From Ruditapes philippinarum (taxonomy: Eukaryota), in assembly GCF_026571515.1 (NCBI RefSeq), contig NW_026853081.1, forward strand, positions 186,001 through 250,000: a stretch of DNA of 64,000 nucleotides. Direction: 5' to 3'. Of the stretch, positions 27,801-42,163 are shown one piece after another. How positions within the stretch are numbered: the stretch's first letter is position 1; each line of letters opens with the position of its first letter. The notes under the pieces are model-generated. The model did not search any database. It saw only the letters and a list, made by a program, of their open reading frames with translations, and was not told where the DNA came from. The translations under genes and the position numbers were made by a program.

Positions 27801-29876
27801 ATTTCAACAGATACCTTAACAACCTCACCAGAAAAAGATACATCAAGGGTAACAACTAACACAGAGTCAAATACTGTAACGACTACTTTGTCGTTAAGTT
27901 ACGAAGGTATGTGCATAAAAAGATTAATATGGTTTGATTTATCTAAAATTTTGCACATTTTAGTGTCATGTTATCATATACAATAATTAAAAAGTATTCA
28001 GTTAGAGTCATATAAAAACTAAATCTAAACATCTAATACTTTTTACTTGCATGATGTGAACAAATGCTTCATCTTTAGAACGCTGATTTACTTATAACGT
28101 TTAGAAAACCACTTAAATTATGTTATTTGTTTGCAATTCCAAAACAAAAATATCAGTTCTAATCTTACTGCGAGATATATCTTTCACATTATTAATTTCA
28201 ATTTATATTAATTTTTATGTGTGTTTACGTTTCAGAAAACGAACATGAAAATGTTTTCAGCCTTCTGGTAATAGCCGGGGGCTCAACTGGTCTGTTAGCT
28301 GTAGTTGTTATCATTACCGTTACAATTTGCTTCCTTTGCAGAAGGTAATTACATACTAATATACCTACCATTAAATATTTCACTTTGATACTGAGTATTT
28401 AATGACTAATCATTTTTCGATGGTGTGACTGGCTAAGACACAGTCACAACAATGTCCATAGAAAATGACATTGACCTCGATACTAGTAAAACTTATTTAT
28501 AATTTACGTCATACGCGTGAAACATGACTTAGCTAAAGGCAACCAGTCATTCAAGGATTTACCGGATTTAGGGTTAAACGTTACGTAAAGTAAACATGCG
28601 ATGTAAATTATTGATTTTGGTATTACAAATACAAAAAGCGTTTTGCTTTGCATTCTAATGAACATAATAACATTGAGAAAGCGGTGAAAATGCCGAAGAG
28701 ACGTATAGCGTCTGCTAAGTAAGGACCTTTTTGCTTTAAAAAGGCTATCGGTCAAAATGAAAATTAAAAAAATGAAGAATTTTTTTTGCCATACAATTAA
28801 GAATTACTACAAGGTTATAAAAGTCTATTGACCTGATTAAACAATGCCCGTGGTATATAACAACTTGGACAGGTGATCATCACCATAACATCGCTGTATT
28901 ATCGGAATTTGCCATCAATTTTTGATTTATTTTTGTTCACTAGTGAAACACAATGGATGATTTTCAGGTTAATAAGTCAACATACAAGTATATCACAGGT
29001 GTCATTCATTCGTTGTTAATAAATTGAAATACTTGAATAAGAGTTACAAATAACATGATGGTATTAAAGTCAAACAGTGTTAAACATTTGTCTTACAGGA
29101 AATCAAATAGGACTACCAAAGATAAGAACAAAGAGAACATGTACGCGGAATATAATGCTCAGTCAAACACGGCAAATATATTTAATTTAACAATAAAGAG
29201 TGGTGTCATAAATCAAGGTTACGAAACCGAAAATAAAATTGGTGATTTCGAAATTAAGGATCTTTCAAACTCAAACTATGAAGAAGTAGGGAAGAAAAAA
29301 GAAGAATCGGATGATGGTAGTTGTGACGACAATGTGTATGCAGAGCCCGCAGATGTTGCTGATAACATGTATGCAGAAACATCCGAAACAGAGAATCTAA
29401 GACCACAAACAGAACAAAGTAAATTTGAGGGTGTTAATTACACTGAACCGTATGGTAAGTTCGTTATCACTGATAATGGAAGCCAAACTAATTATGCCAA
29501 AGTCATTAAAAGTGAGCGAAAGAAAGACGCGTATGACACGTGCGCTGGAATCGACAACTATTCACATATTCTTATTGACATGAAAAAACAAATACCGAAA
29601 ACCGAGGACACTTATTCTCATATGGAATTTCCCGGAAAAAACCATGACACTTCGTGTTTAGACAATTATTCACACACCAAAGTGAGACCATGGGATAGGA
29701 GTAAAGTACAAAAATGTACTGGTATGTACATTAATGTCAAAATCAACACCACGCAGCAAGACCTGATGGATAGAGAAACTGTTATAAAAGAATCAGATAA
29801 TAATAGTGCTAGTCTAGAAGAGGAAGAAGGAGAATATGACCATTTGGACCATTTGTCTTATCACTCTGTTATTTAA
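24827..29876 (+). CDS. R3: paralog of R1, 603 aa (intron 2 needs a GC donor)
   Basis: Exons 24827-24857, 26033-26392 (AAG|gcaaga), 26828-27166, 27712-27906, 28236-28344, 29099-29876. 1812 nt open. TM LLVIAGGSTGLLAVVVIITVTICFLC-RRK; tail SNYEEV, TNYAKV, YSHI, YSHM, YSHT, YINV, YDHL. Confidence 0.9.
24875..24899. repeat. (AAG)n microsatellite in R3 intron 1
   Basis: aagaagaag run. Confidence 0.9.
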
Positions 29877-32800
29877 AATAAATGTCAATAATGTCAAACT
29901 TAAACTTTGATATTCCTTTGACAATCGTATTTAAGAATTTTGAGGATCGGATGAACATTGAATATCAAACTATTTCTTTGATCGTTATATTTTATTGTCC
30001 CAAAACGTCAGGGTCTAATGGTTGAAGTTAGATTTACGTGAGGAAGATATTTAACTTTTTAATGTTTGATGATCGTCTACTAAGGAATTCCGAAATTATG
30101 TACAAAAGTGCATACAATTTCTTTTTAAGTGTCATGTGATCTTTGGTGATAATTATGTTTAACAAATCCAACGTTGTTGATATATAAATTTTATATTTGT
30201 AAAAATGGTTAGCTTACTTTATTGTAAAAAAAATTCAATTTAAAAACGGTTAATTATCTGAAAATTATATTAAATTAATGTCTGTTATCAGTCAAGTCAG
30301 TTCACATTACATATTGTCCATAATCATTTATGCTTGTTTGCATTTGACAATTTTAATAATTTTACGAGGGTAATAAGCAGTAAAAAGAAATATCAACAAG
30401 GGAGCGAGACATGCACTTAACGCAGCCCCAATAGTACCTTGCCACACAGGGCCATAGGATAAGCACCCTGTTATGAAACACAGAAAAAGGAGAGAACAAG
30501 CCCGGAACAAACATTAAAACAAATACAGTTTATAATGGATACAGTTTTATAACTTATGTAATAGGTTTGAATGTTAGTTCATTGACAGAATCGCACAGGC
30601 CATATGTCTGAGTAGCTGCAAGCTTCTAAAAGATAAACCTGGTATTATTGAATGATAATGCAATATAAAAATATAAAATATCTTTTTTCGCATTCTGATA
30701 TAAAAAGAATTTTTCAAAATCTTTGACTATCATTCACAATAGATATATCAGTTTGATGTCATTTTTGTTAATATTCATCATATTTGCGACGTATAAATGT
30801 CTCAGTATTAATATCGTGTATACGTCTTAGTTAAACATAGCTTTGCTCTATCAGGAAGTAGTGGTAATCGTATTACAAACGGGCAATAAATCACCCGATA
30901 TTTGTACATTAACGATATTTCATTTCAAATAATTTATAGTTGAAACACGTGTTGATTTTTATATTGAGGAAGTGTTGTGTCAAGATGGTGTGTCTTTGAT
31001 TCTTCTTTTCGTGTGCTTTAATTGCTTTTATATTAAATACATTATGAATTTAAGTACTTACAATTTTTTTTAGATAACTTGATTGTTTTCATTTTTAAAA
31101 ATATAATATATTTAGAATACGGTCAGAATTGGAGAAGGGCGAATGCAAAAGCAATTGGCTAACCAACCAGTAAAACTTGCAACGCGCAATTTGACCTAAT
31201 AAAAAAGTGTTATTTTATAATTTAAATCCCAACAAACCATCAAAACATTTAAGGTTTTATTTCGAAAATGAAAATTTCACTATATCTAATATTCTTTGGT
31301 CTCTTTCATAGTGATCTGTAACAGAAGTTTATCATGCAACTGCTTTTGCAATTGTCCGATATATACTATGTACTTTATGGCAGGTAAGTAAACTGCTCAC
31401 CGGTTTTAATTTGCTTTGTAGAAAAAAGCTTTTTGTTATTTTTGCAAATCATCTCATAATCTGTTATAGTCTATCTAGTCTAAAATTTATGCTTTAACTT
31501 CTATCATTATTTTGGCTTTTCGAATATTAAAAGGGATATCCTACTTATGTGGACTTAGGTGTTTGGGTAACACTTTACTTAAAGATCCTGTTACTCAATT
31601 TTTTATGGTTTTATATCATAAATATAAGTTCCGAAAAGCATTACTTGTAAAGATATTACCGAATTTACATTTCATGTTAATAAAATGAGATAATTAGAAA
31701 TTTATTTTCTATACAGTATAAGTCAAATTTGCCAATAGAAAATCAATGCATATATTTTAATTGATTACATATGATGTGCACAAATATCATACATATTCTT
31801 CGATGTTTAAATGTTGTCTTAGAAACATAATTAAATACATATATAAAATTTCACTTAAATGTGGTAACAACATTGATTTTCATATACAGGATCTTTAAAT
31901 TTTATGTGCAAGTTGTACAATATCATCTCATCAACCACTGAAGTTGCTTATAACTTCACACACTTATTTTGAGATCATAAAATAATGACGACATCAAATA
32001 CCCATAGGTAATAGAAAGAGCATCGAAACACGAGGCTATCTGATTTGTACGAGGGGGCGTAGTCCCCGAGTAAACCGAGTATAAATCAGATTGCCAAGTG
32101 TTTTGATGTTCTTTCTCTTTTGTATCATAGTCAAGCATAAAAACACGTTCCCTGTTGTCACAATATGAAAACCCCAGAGAAAAGTATCCAATGAAAGAGC
32201 ATCTGAATATGAAATTTCTGTCGCTTTTCCTTTCTCAGCCGTCACAATAAGTAAACCCCAGCAAAAATGAACCAATCAATTGGCATGCTCTGGAGAGCGG
32301 GTAACTAATACCTGCACTCCAGTTAACGCACTGTGCATGTATATGTATACGATTTAACTCTGACACATTTTCAACAGAAAAGTCCCCAAACTATGATACA
32401 ATAATATCTTATACATGTATTTCAAGTGAAACATGACTCTTTATATTATAAAATTCCTAGTTAAAGAGCAAATTGCAACATCAATTTTCAGATTTATTGA
32501 AGATTTTTGCTGGGTACATAACGCATGTATTCGGGATCATAACTGTCGGTTACTCTCCAAGGCCCGTAACTCTTGTACTGTTTTTGATTGAATTAAGACC
32601 GTGTGTGAACTTTGATAGTTTTACATGCAGTTATAATCTTCAAAACTACTGGAGGTATCCACATGAAACATATCTAATAAGTGGAATAGTTGGAGATCAC
32701 TTTCAAAAGCCTGTTACTCTTGGCATTAATGATCTGAATTCCGTACACATATAACTTTCAAACAAGATTTATTATTATTATTCTTTTAGACATGAATTTG

Positions 32801-33435
32801 AAGTAAATTGCCCCCTTCTTTGCTACTTATATGGCTCGTTGTGAAAATAGAAAATTATTTGACCAATATCCAAATCTCATAACTATATAATGTCTTTTTT
32901 TTTAATTAAATATTTTTCCTCTTTTACTTTCTACGTTATCCGAGGGCATATTTTACTATGATGCTCTGATAATTTGAGCCCCATTCAACTTACAGCTCTT
33001 GTCTTTATTTCGGTAACAGATTAATTAGCAAATAGGTACAAAATGCAGTAACAATAGTTGAGTTTCATGTATAAGGGTATTTTTGTCGAAACTTTGCAAA
33101 ATAAAAGAAAATGATAACAGATCTCAGCAAAAAAATGTAATTTGCATTATTCAAAATGTAAATTCATTGGAACAGGAATCAGATTTTGCATTTCTTTCTC
33201 TGATTGTAACAGAACAACAAAAACACGGTTTGACATGCTTGCCCAACTAAACATTCTATTACATTCAATTGAGGACGAATAATAAAGACAAAGTAAATAA
33301 TCTGGATAATATTTGACTGATGCCGTTTATTACATTTGCTTGAAATTGTATAAACTAGAGTTATGCGTAAATATTGCTAAAATACAAACAAGTTCAGAAA
33401 AATCAAATAATGTTTATCTATCACTTGTCTTTAAG

Positions 33436-34017
33436 GAAATTAAACACAAAAATACGAAAGTAAATCAAAAGGAAAACATATTCACGGTATATAATTGTCA
33501 GTGAAACACGGCAAATATATCAACGATAAGAGATTGTATCATAAATCAAGGAACCTGAACCGAAAAATGAAATTAACATGATTAATATAAAAATGAAAAT
33601 TGCTGTTAATAACGAAAACGTAGACCTAAAAGAAGAGGAATCAGAAAGAATCTCAGGATAATGATGGTAGTGTAAATCGTCCATGTGCAAAGCAAGAGGA
33701 TGTTGTTTCTGATGAAAGTTATACAGAAATTCCAAAAGCAGGAGCAGGTATTCAGATGTCATAAACACCAAGCAAATTACAGCAAGTCTCATAATTGAAC
33801 TGAACCGTTTGATAAGAGTGACCTCGTCATAAATAACTGACACTAAAATAGCAATGCTTAAGTCATAAAAAAGTTAACAAAAGAAAGAAGCAGATGCCAC
33901 ACATTTGATTGACACGCCAAAGCACCAAGAATTACGGATAACTGTTCTCACATACATACATAGTATATAGCCGGAAATAAACATCAACATTTATCTGTAG
34001 ATAATTACTCATACACA
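33436..34017 (+). pseudogene. R4: decayed cytoplasmic-tail exon of an R1-R3 paralog
   Basis: Acceptor context cttgtctttaag|g matches cttgtcttacag|g. Colinear blocks cagTGAaacacggcaaatata, ataaatcaagg, gcaggtattcagatgtcaTAA, actgaaccgtttgataag, atagccggaaataa. Several stops and frameshifts; I could not recognise exons 2-5 upstream. Confidence 0.85.
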
Positions 34018-36335
34018 ATTTCACAATTTACACAAATAAAATAAACAAAAATAATATTAAAGTGTATAAAGCTATATATCTGCTTCAGAATTATTGTTTG
34101 AATTTCACAAAAGAATACATAAAAATGGTAGATAATTGCCTTAAAAGCATGTGACGCATGCACAAAAAAGGGATAAAACCATACTTAAAATAGCAAATAA
34201 TATTTTGTTCCGGAACATTTTATTCTGTTTTCATACAATATTCACGTGTAATAAATACGAGTAACAGAGATATTCTATGTAACAACTTTTTCGGCAATCA
34301 ACCATATACTAATGAGACCAATATAAAATTAGATCTACTGTTGATAATATTTTTATAAAAATATTTCATTTTTGTTATTATTATTGTTATTTGTGCTCAC
34401 AATTTTTTTGTCTATCGACCCGATTTTGATCAATTAATCCCTTCGATTCAAACTAGAAATAAATTCGGAGCTAAAAAGGACTTTTTTGTCGAAAGTGAGC
34501 GAAAGTGAGCGAAAATGACATTAAAATGTGAATTATAGCATTTTTATAGAATTTTACAATATAATTGCAGTTTGTAGACATATGTTATTAGAAACTAATT
34601 ATATTTATTATCAAAAAGAATCATAATGATGATTTAATCGCTATTTATTTGCATACTTTCTATACACAATTTAGTATGAGATATCATGATATACCATTTG
34701 CCGCACATTTTGAAAATGTCGATTGGCTTTTCATATATTTTTACATAGGAATTTTAACATTTTTTTACTATAATAAGTTGTTGATATTTGTAGAAAATGA
34801 GTAGTATTACAGGAGAAAAAGAAAATGTATATGCTTTAATATTTTATTATCATCTTGTATTACTGACTACAGTAGTGACACACACAGAACAATGTTGCAC
34901 TGCTGTCATGTCACATTACAATTCTTGTTAGTCTTGTTTGTGTTGGAATTACTTTCCTTATCAAGTAGGCATAAGTGAAAGCATTTTTGAAATTATTATC
35001 TGGCCCCTCTCTCATTGACAGTGCATAGGATAAGTATAATTATGCGAATTTAAATGATTTACAAAACATTCAGAATAATGTACAATAGTACTTAATCTAA
35101 ATAGAAAATGACATGTGTGTAGGAATGATTTAGAAATGTATCTGTAATGAGTGCATTTCTTTGCGCGGAGCTCCTCAATTGATGCATTGCAGCAACATTT
35201 GTATTTGTTAGATATAGATTTATACCCTTTAAACAAAAATAAACCAGTATGTATAATCATGTTTAAATGGGCACCGAAATTCAGATAGAATCAGAAAATC
35301 GGCCTAATGGAGGGGTAAGCTAGGAGAATATGAAGACTGATCACTTGGTAATTTTTCACATCACATCATTATGAAATTTGTTTTCATCCAAAATAGATTC
35401 GTCCGTTCAAAGCTTTTTTTCATAATGCCTGTTGCAACTGTGATTTAATTATCAGTGATTAGTGACTATATCGTATTTAGTAAAACATTCATATCTTGTT
35501 TATATCAAATGCTTGATGTGTGCGCTTTAAATTGAACTATTCATACATTTTATTAAATACAACATGCCACTTGATTAAATGATAAACTTTCAAAAAAGTA
35601 TGTTTCCGCTTCATTGCACATTTTCTTTCGATTTCTTTTTATAATTGCATTATCATTTAGAAATTACTTAAAATAGGGAAAGGAGATTTTATCTAATAAA
35701 TTTGTCATTTTTTGCGTTCTTACATTTAACTAAACAAACTAATATAACATTAAACAACGAATGGTGAATCGAAACTTTAACTAGTTATGCTAAGTGCTCA
35801 CAATATTTTCAAGTCTGCTTTCCTACAATATTGAAGCCTTATATTAAAATATTATTATGTGCATTTCAGATTACCAGTAGGGAAATTGATGATATGCATT
35901 AATAATTATTATATAATGCTACTTTTCATGGTGCGCAGTCACCAAAACATATACACTCTATCGCAAACTTGCTTCAGTAACTTTGGATATCTTCCTGGTT
36001 AAGGGTGATGATTTATAACAAAATCGAAACTACAAAAATAAAAAGAACAACAACCCATAACAGACTCTTTATTGAAACATTTGGATTTGTGCAAACATAT
36101 AAAATACGATACATTATAGTACTCAAGCGTTTAAATAACCTTTTTAAGAAAATCATTCTATTTACTCAAGCTATTTAATAGCATTTCTATGTTTAACAAC
36201 ATGTTTTATTATCAGCGGAATGAAAAAGTTGATTTTTAATGTTTTATGACAGTAATGCTACGGAAGGGCAATTTTAAGATTTATTCTTTCAAATTTTGCC
36301 TTACTGCACGACTTGTCAGATAGTGGATTAACAGG

Positions 36336-39300
36336 ATGAAACTTTTTCTTATGTTGATATATATCACAGGTAGGTTTTTCTCATACATAAAAACATTAAA
36401 TAAAACGATTAATTAACGTTAATTTAACAGCTTTTAATTGAATGTAAATACAACTGGTACATCGAACTGATATTATAAACGTATTGAAAATTTTACAAAT
36501 TATAAGTAATTACTTGAAATGATATAATATAATAATATTAATAGAATATAATAATATTATATATTGTTACATATTTTCTAAATATTTCTTCAATTAAGTA
36601 AAAAAATAATATTAGCTGTAATAGTATTCCAAATTGTTTTAACATGATTCTAACTGCTGGATATTTTTTCAATGGAAATTTAATCGAACTACATAATTAT
36701 TTCCATTCTGTTGTATATTTATTTTGTAATTTGTCTAACAATACATATTGTATTTGCCTTATGGAATTTAACTCGAGAAATATATACATATGGAAAAAAC
36801 TCCTTACGTTTGAACTTTTTTATGGACATTAAGAGAACGCAGGTGTAATGTAACTGCTTCGATTAAGGTGGTTAGCTTATATTCACTCATGTTGAAATGA
36901 CTTATGAGGTTTTTGTTTGATTTCATTATTAAGGATAAATATTTAATAAGTGTGTAATGGAGAGTTACTTTTAAAGTAGAAATTAAAATCGGATAAAGAT
37001 GTGTACATGATAAGGATGTATTTGCTAAATCTAGAGACTAAAATCTATTTATTTCGTACATGTTAATCTTATCACCACCGTGCATCCGTTCATGTTTTGC
37101 CTTCATTATGACTCGGATTTCCCGAAAAAAAAACACAATTTATGCCATGCAATAAAACCGGTTTTATAGATAGGCGTCCGTGGAAGTATAGCAAATTGTT
37201 GACTTTGTCAGAAAAAAGAAGTAAACTTTAAATGATGTTAACGTTATCCATTTTAATGGGCAATATTGTTTAGATAAGTTAGATGCAGGGTATATGGAAA
37301 ACGCCGTTTGTTCTCTCGAAATCGTGAAAATTCCCTAATTAGTATTTGTTTTCCAGCGGTTAAAATTAGAAAACGCATCGCTTTCAAAATTTTGAAAGTT
37401 CGCCGATGATTGGCTGTTTGAAAACTCCCGAGGAGGTTACAGCCTATTGCTGATCGTCAGATTCTAATATGTAGCGTTATTTAAGAGCTGACTTTAATCA
37501 GATTGCCGCGAAATGTTACTTGAACATTTATAGATCAGAAAAGATAAAAGTCTTATTTATAAAGTAAATCTAGTATTGGTATTTTTGAAAGTGTTAACAG
37601 TGGAAATAAATAAGGCACTAGTAACTCGACAGTGAGTGTCTTGAATCGTGTGGATATTCGCAAAGTAGAAATATGGTTATAGTATCTTGTTTCTAAGTAA
37701 GTATTTAAAACAACAAACGTGGATATATTTTTTGTGCCTTTGGTGTTATTATTTTCAGAGCATTTATATCACGTGAAGTGTTATTCGTCAACTATTTGCT
37801 TAAGACATTACTTTGACACAAGTGATATCTGTAAAGGAAGATCTGACAGTCTTTCTTGTAGCCATGGTGACGTCATTATTATCGAAAGTATTCGTTATGC
37901 AAAAAGTGAAAAAGGATACAAGTCGTGCTCATACTGTTCAAATAAAAATTTAACATCGGATTTGGACATTAATCCAATTTTCTTCAAAAACGAAGTCTAC
38001 GAGTTATGTTCTCAGGAAAATAATTGTACACTGAGTGAAACATTCAAATCACCACCGAACATTAGTCAAAATAAACGCCAAACATGGTATGCCATCCTAA
38101 CATATGAATGTGTAGCTAAAGGTAAATATTTCATTTCAATCTGACACTTTTTGCCTTATCAAATCACCTTTTTGTAGATATCTCTGTTAAATCTTTTTTC
38201 TCAAAAGAGCAATATCAGCAAAAGTTTTCTTTCTTAACTAAGTGAAAAAAATCAGTTTACTATTACCGTCAATAATTTGGTTCCACAATCATAAAATGCT
38301 AATTAATAAGTTACAATGTGTAAATTTTATAGCACAACCTTTGATACAATATTTTGTCATTTTAAATTTGTGAAAAATATCTAATTAAAAATAACTCTAA
38401 GTCAATACTAGATTACTCGTCTGTATGATACATTTTAATATACAGGTTCAATACGTGACATGTGTTCATCATTTGAAGCTGTGATAAATGACAATGACAC
38501 TTTACATGTCTCACTGCTTGGAAAAGATATTGCTTCGCAACACTGTGGCTGTTTTGTACATGGCACTAAAGATAATACTGCTATTAATATCGTCGATTAC
38601 AGGTAATCAAATGAACATATTTGTTTAGCACCATGGTACCATCAGCGTTTCGAGGCCATGCTCATTTGTAAACGAATATGTTTAAAATGTCCTTGTCACT
38701 ATGTCTTTTTGCCTTTATAATACACATGAGCTTTCAATAAATTTCTCAAAGTCTCAATATCATAATAATCATAGTAATTTATATCTTATATCAACATTCT
38801 GAATCAACATTGGGGTGTTTGAGAAGAAAACAATGACTAATTGATGTATGGAAAAAAGATAATTAAACAAGAAGATATATTAATTTTGAAAGCATAGTTT
38901 GGTTTATTTACTGCTACAATTTGTGATTTTTTAGACCTTTTGTCGTCAGAATTATTATTACAAGTACTTTCTAATAAAATAACATTTAAATCATTATTAA
39001 TAGATATTCTAAATAATAGATTAATGAATATTTTTGAAGATTCAGGGGTGATGAACAGTATTTGAATTCTTTACTGCTTGTAAGGAGGCATAATGTCTGG
39101 TACAATTTTTTGAAACACACTTTTATCCAAGTAAAATAAAGTTGAAATGTCCAATTTGGAAAGTCATAGATATACTATGATGCAGATATTACCAGTAATG
39201 ATACAAATTTGTTTAAATTGTAAACAGAAAAAGGTACTTTGAACATGTAACGTCGTTGTATTTAGAAAAATAACCTTGACTGTTATGTTATAGACATAAT

Positions 39301-42163
39301 CTCTTTCATACATAGCTGCTATAATAATATAATAAAATAATCTCTTGTCATTATCATTATTACAGGCCAAATGATGACCATACTAAATGCACAGATGACA
39401 CTTTATTTTACGTAAATGGCGTACGGATATTTCAATGTTTGAAAACCATTTCAAATGAAGGCACGCATATTTATAACACAGCTATAAACATAACTGGTTT
39501 TGTAACTAACATGACGGTGTCATTCAAGGAAACGCTTCCAAAGATGTTTTGGATTACAATAAAAGGTACGAATATATATTATTTACAAGTTGAAATTTAA
39601 GTTTAATTTAATAGAATATTCCCGATCAAGATGTTTACTCTCAATTTCATAAAGTCAATTCAGTATATATATCTAATAACAAATGTAAAGACTTTGGAAT
39701 CATATGGTGAATAATAAGTCCACTATTAAAGTCTGTCAAGAAATAAATAAGATTTAATCAGATCTAATTTACCATTTGTTAAAACGGTTTGGTTAGACAA
39801 TTTTGTTTAATTGTTATGTTTTATATTATACATTTATACCAACATAAAATTAGCTAACCATAAAATTATTTATCTTACTCTATGAATATTGTTATTTTTC
39901 AATTTGTCGATTTAATAACAATTGTAAAACATCGTAAAATTTAAGAAGCACAACTCATGTGTGGTACACATATTACTTTAATTGCATAAATACAAATAAC
40001 TGCAGTTGAAAAAATCTCAAAAACCTATTAATGATCAAGAACATGATTCTGATAATATTTCCGGTTGAGCATTTGCTGGGAAAGTTAAAACCTTTGAGAA
40101 AAGACTATCTGTTATCAAAGACCACAATCTTAGATATACTCTTAATATAACCATTAGTCTGAATGAAAGTAATAAAAAAAAATCTGCTTATAAGAGCTTT
40201 ATAAATCATCACAGAAATTGTATTTTCATTTGAATGTATTCTTTTTCTTTCACAAAAAGGTGCCAACGTACTAGTTCAGTGCAATATTGTAAACAGCGCC
40301 ATCAGCCGATATACAAGTGTGCCAACATCTGTTGGAAATACAGACACATCACTAAACTCTCAAGAAAAAGCAAGTCATTTACCATCCGGTGGCATGGCAC
40401 AAACAACTCGACACACAGAAAAGTCAGGTAAATGACGACTGCGTCTAATTGAATAACATTCGATACTTTATATATTCTGTGATTATTTTTAATTTTTACT
40501 TTATTATCTATAATATCTTCATTTATTGTTTATAATTCAACATGAACTTGTGGATATTACTTACTTTAAAATTATAACACTTTATAACGATTTATGTGAT
40601 GAGAAGACATTTAAAACTCTTCTTTTTATTACATCTATAATCTTTAATATCAAAATTACTTCCTTGATTTACAGTTTCATTTATTACTATATCAATGCAT
40701 GGTTAACTCATGCAGTCATACATGAGAGTAATTGAAATAGTGACGCACGTAATTTAAATACCGTGTACTTAGACCGATTTATTAAAGGATATACTTTCTG
40801 TATGAATAAGGATCGTTTTAAAACTCAAAGCGTTTTATATCTATTCCAGTCAGTTCAGAAGTATTTACAACACCAGCTATAATCGGAGCAACTGTAGCAG
40901 TTGTAACATTTATGGGTATTATTGCAGTTGTTGTTTGGCTATATCGCAGGTAACCCTAATACCATATTAGCATACTTAATTTATACGACACATATTTATT
41001 TTACTTTTTCTTTGTTTTGATTATTTCAAATCATATGAAGAAGTTTGGAAATGCCCATTAGGACAAAGAAATGCTTGATTTTTTTTCTTCAAAAGCTTTT
41101 CATTTTTGTTGCCCTGTTGATTTCTAGAGAAAAAAATAAATTAAATAAATAAATAAATAAACAACCGTTTACCTACATAGTAATACGGTTAGTATAGCTA
41201 ATATTGATTTGGTATTTTAATTAATTGAAGTCAAAATACTACTAAGTTTACAGTTTGCTTCTCTTGTAAGTCAAAAAATTTCACATAAAGCACTACTGTC
41301 TAAGTGATAAGCGTCTAACATGCCCTAAAAGCATGAATTAAACAATATAAAAATTATATTTTCCATTCTTTAGAAAGAACGATTTTTTTTCTGAGGCAAA
41401 ATATGCCTTTAATCAGATCTCTTGTGAAAATGTAAAGATGCCATAAGTACTTCAAGCACAAATATGTCTCCAGTTTTAAAGGCTTATTCTGCCCCAGAAA
41501 TAATTTTATTTCTATTTCTCATTAGCTTTTTATATATATGTTTTTTATTTTTTGAATCCGGATATTGTTTCCAAAAATTTACTTATAGACCAAAAAGTTG
41601 AGCCATCTTTTTTTTCTGTTGTTCTTTGATTATAAGTACGGTTATGATTTAAAAACCATTATTCAAACGTTATTAAACTCATGCTTGGCCTTCTTAATGA
41701 AGGAAAATGTATTCGATTCTGAGGCAATTTGCCTTTTAGCCATTTTAACTTCAGAAAAACTTCTGTACAACAAAAACCCGAAGTTACTGAAGCTGTATAC
41801 TACAATGAAGGACACATTAATGGTGAATGCAGAGACGGTGGTAAAGGTGACAACGAGAATAATCTCTCTAAAAATAAAGTTGACAATCTATACATAAATG
41901 CGCCAAGTGCACCAGGACACGATAATGTAGAGAACATAGATAATGTTTACTTAAATGAAAATATGAAAGATTCACCTATTGCTGGGTCAAACAAAGGTGA
42001 ACAAACGAATGCAAGGAAAAGAGACAAAAATAAAACCAGAGAACACAATAATCAAGATACCCATTACAATGTTCTAGGAACTCCAGGGGAAGAACACACC
42101 TATTCGGAGTTAAATTGCTCTGGTGGAGACAAACATGCATATTACAATTTAGTTAAGACATAA
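36336..42163 (+). CDS. R5: divergent paralog with ITAM/YxN tail, 476 aa
   Basis: Exons 36336-36369 (MKLFLMLIYIT), 37759-38121, 38446-38602, 39366-39565, 40260-40427, 40850-40949 (TM PAIIGATVAVVTFMGIIAVVVWLY-RRK), 41755-42163. All GT-AG, 1431 nt open, same Cys skeleton as R1-R3. Confidence 0.88.

Noticed and set aside
31334-31383. Possible first exon of R4 (ATG..cag|gtaagt)
   Set aside because: Good donor but phase 2 and no similarity to the 31-nt signal exons, so unsupported as coding.
36862-37497. TTAA-flanked Kolobok-like MITE in R5 intron 1
   Set aside because: Terminal inverted match too weak to support by eye.
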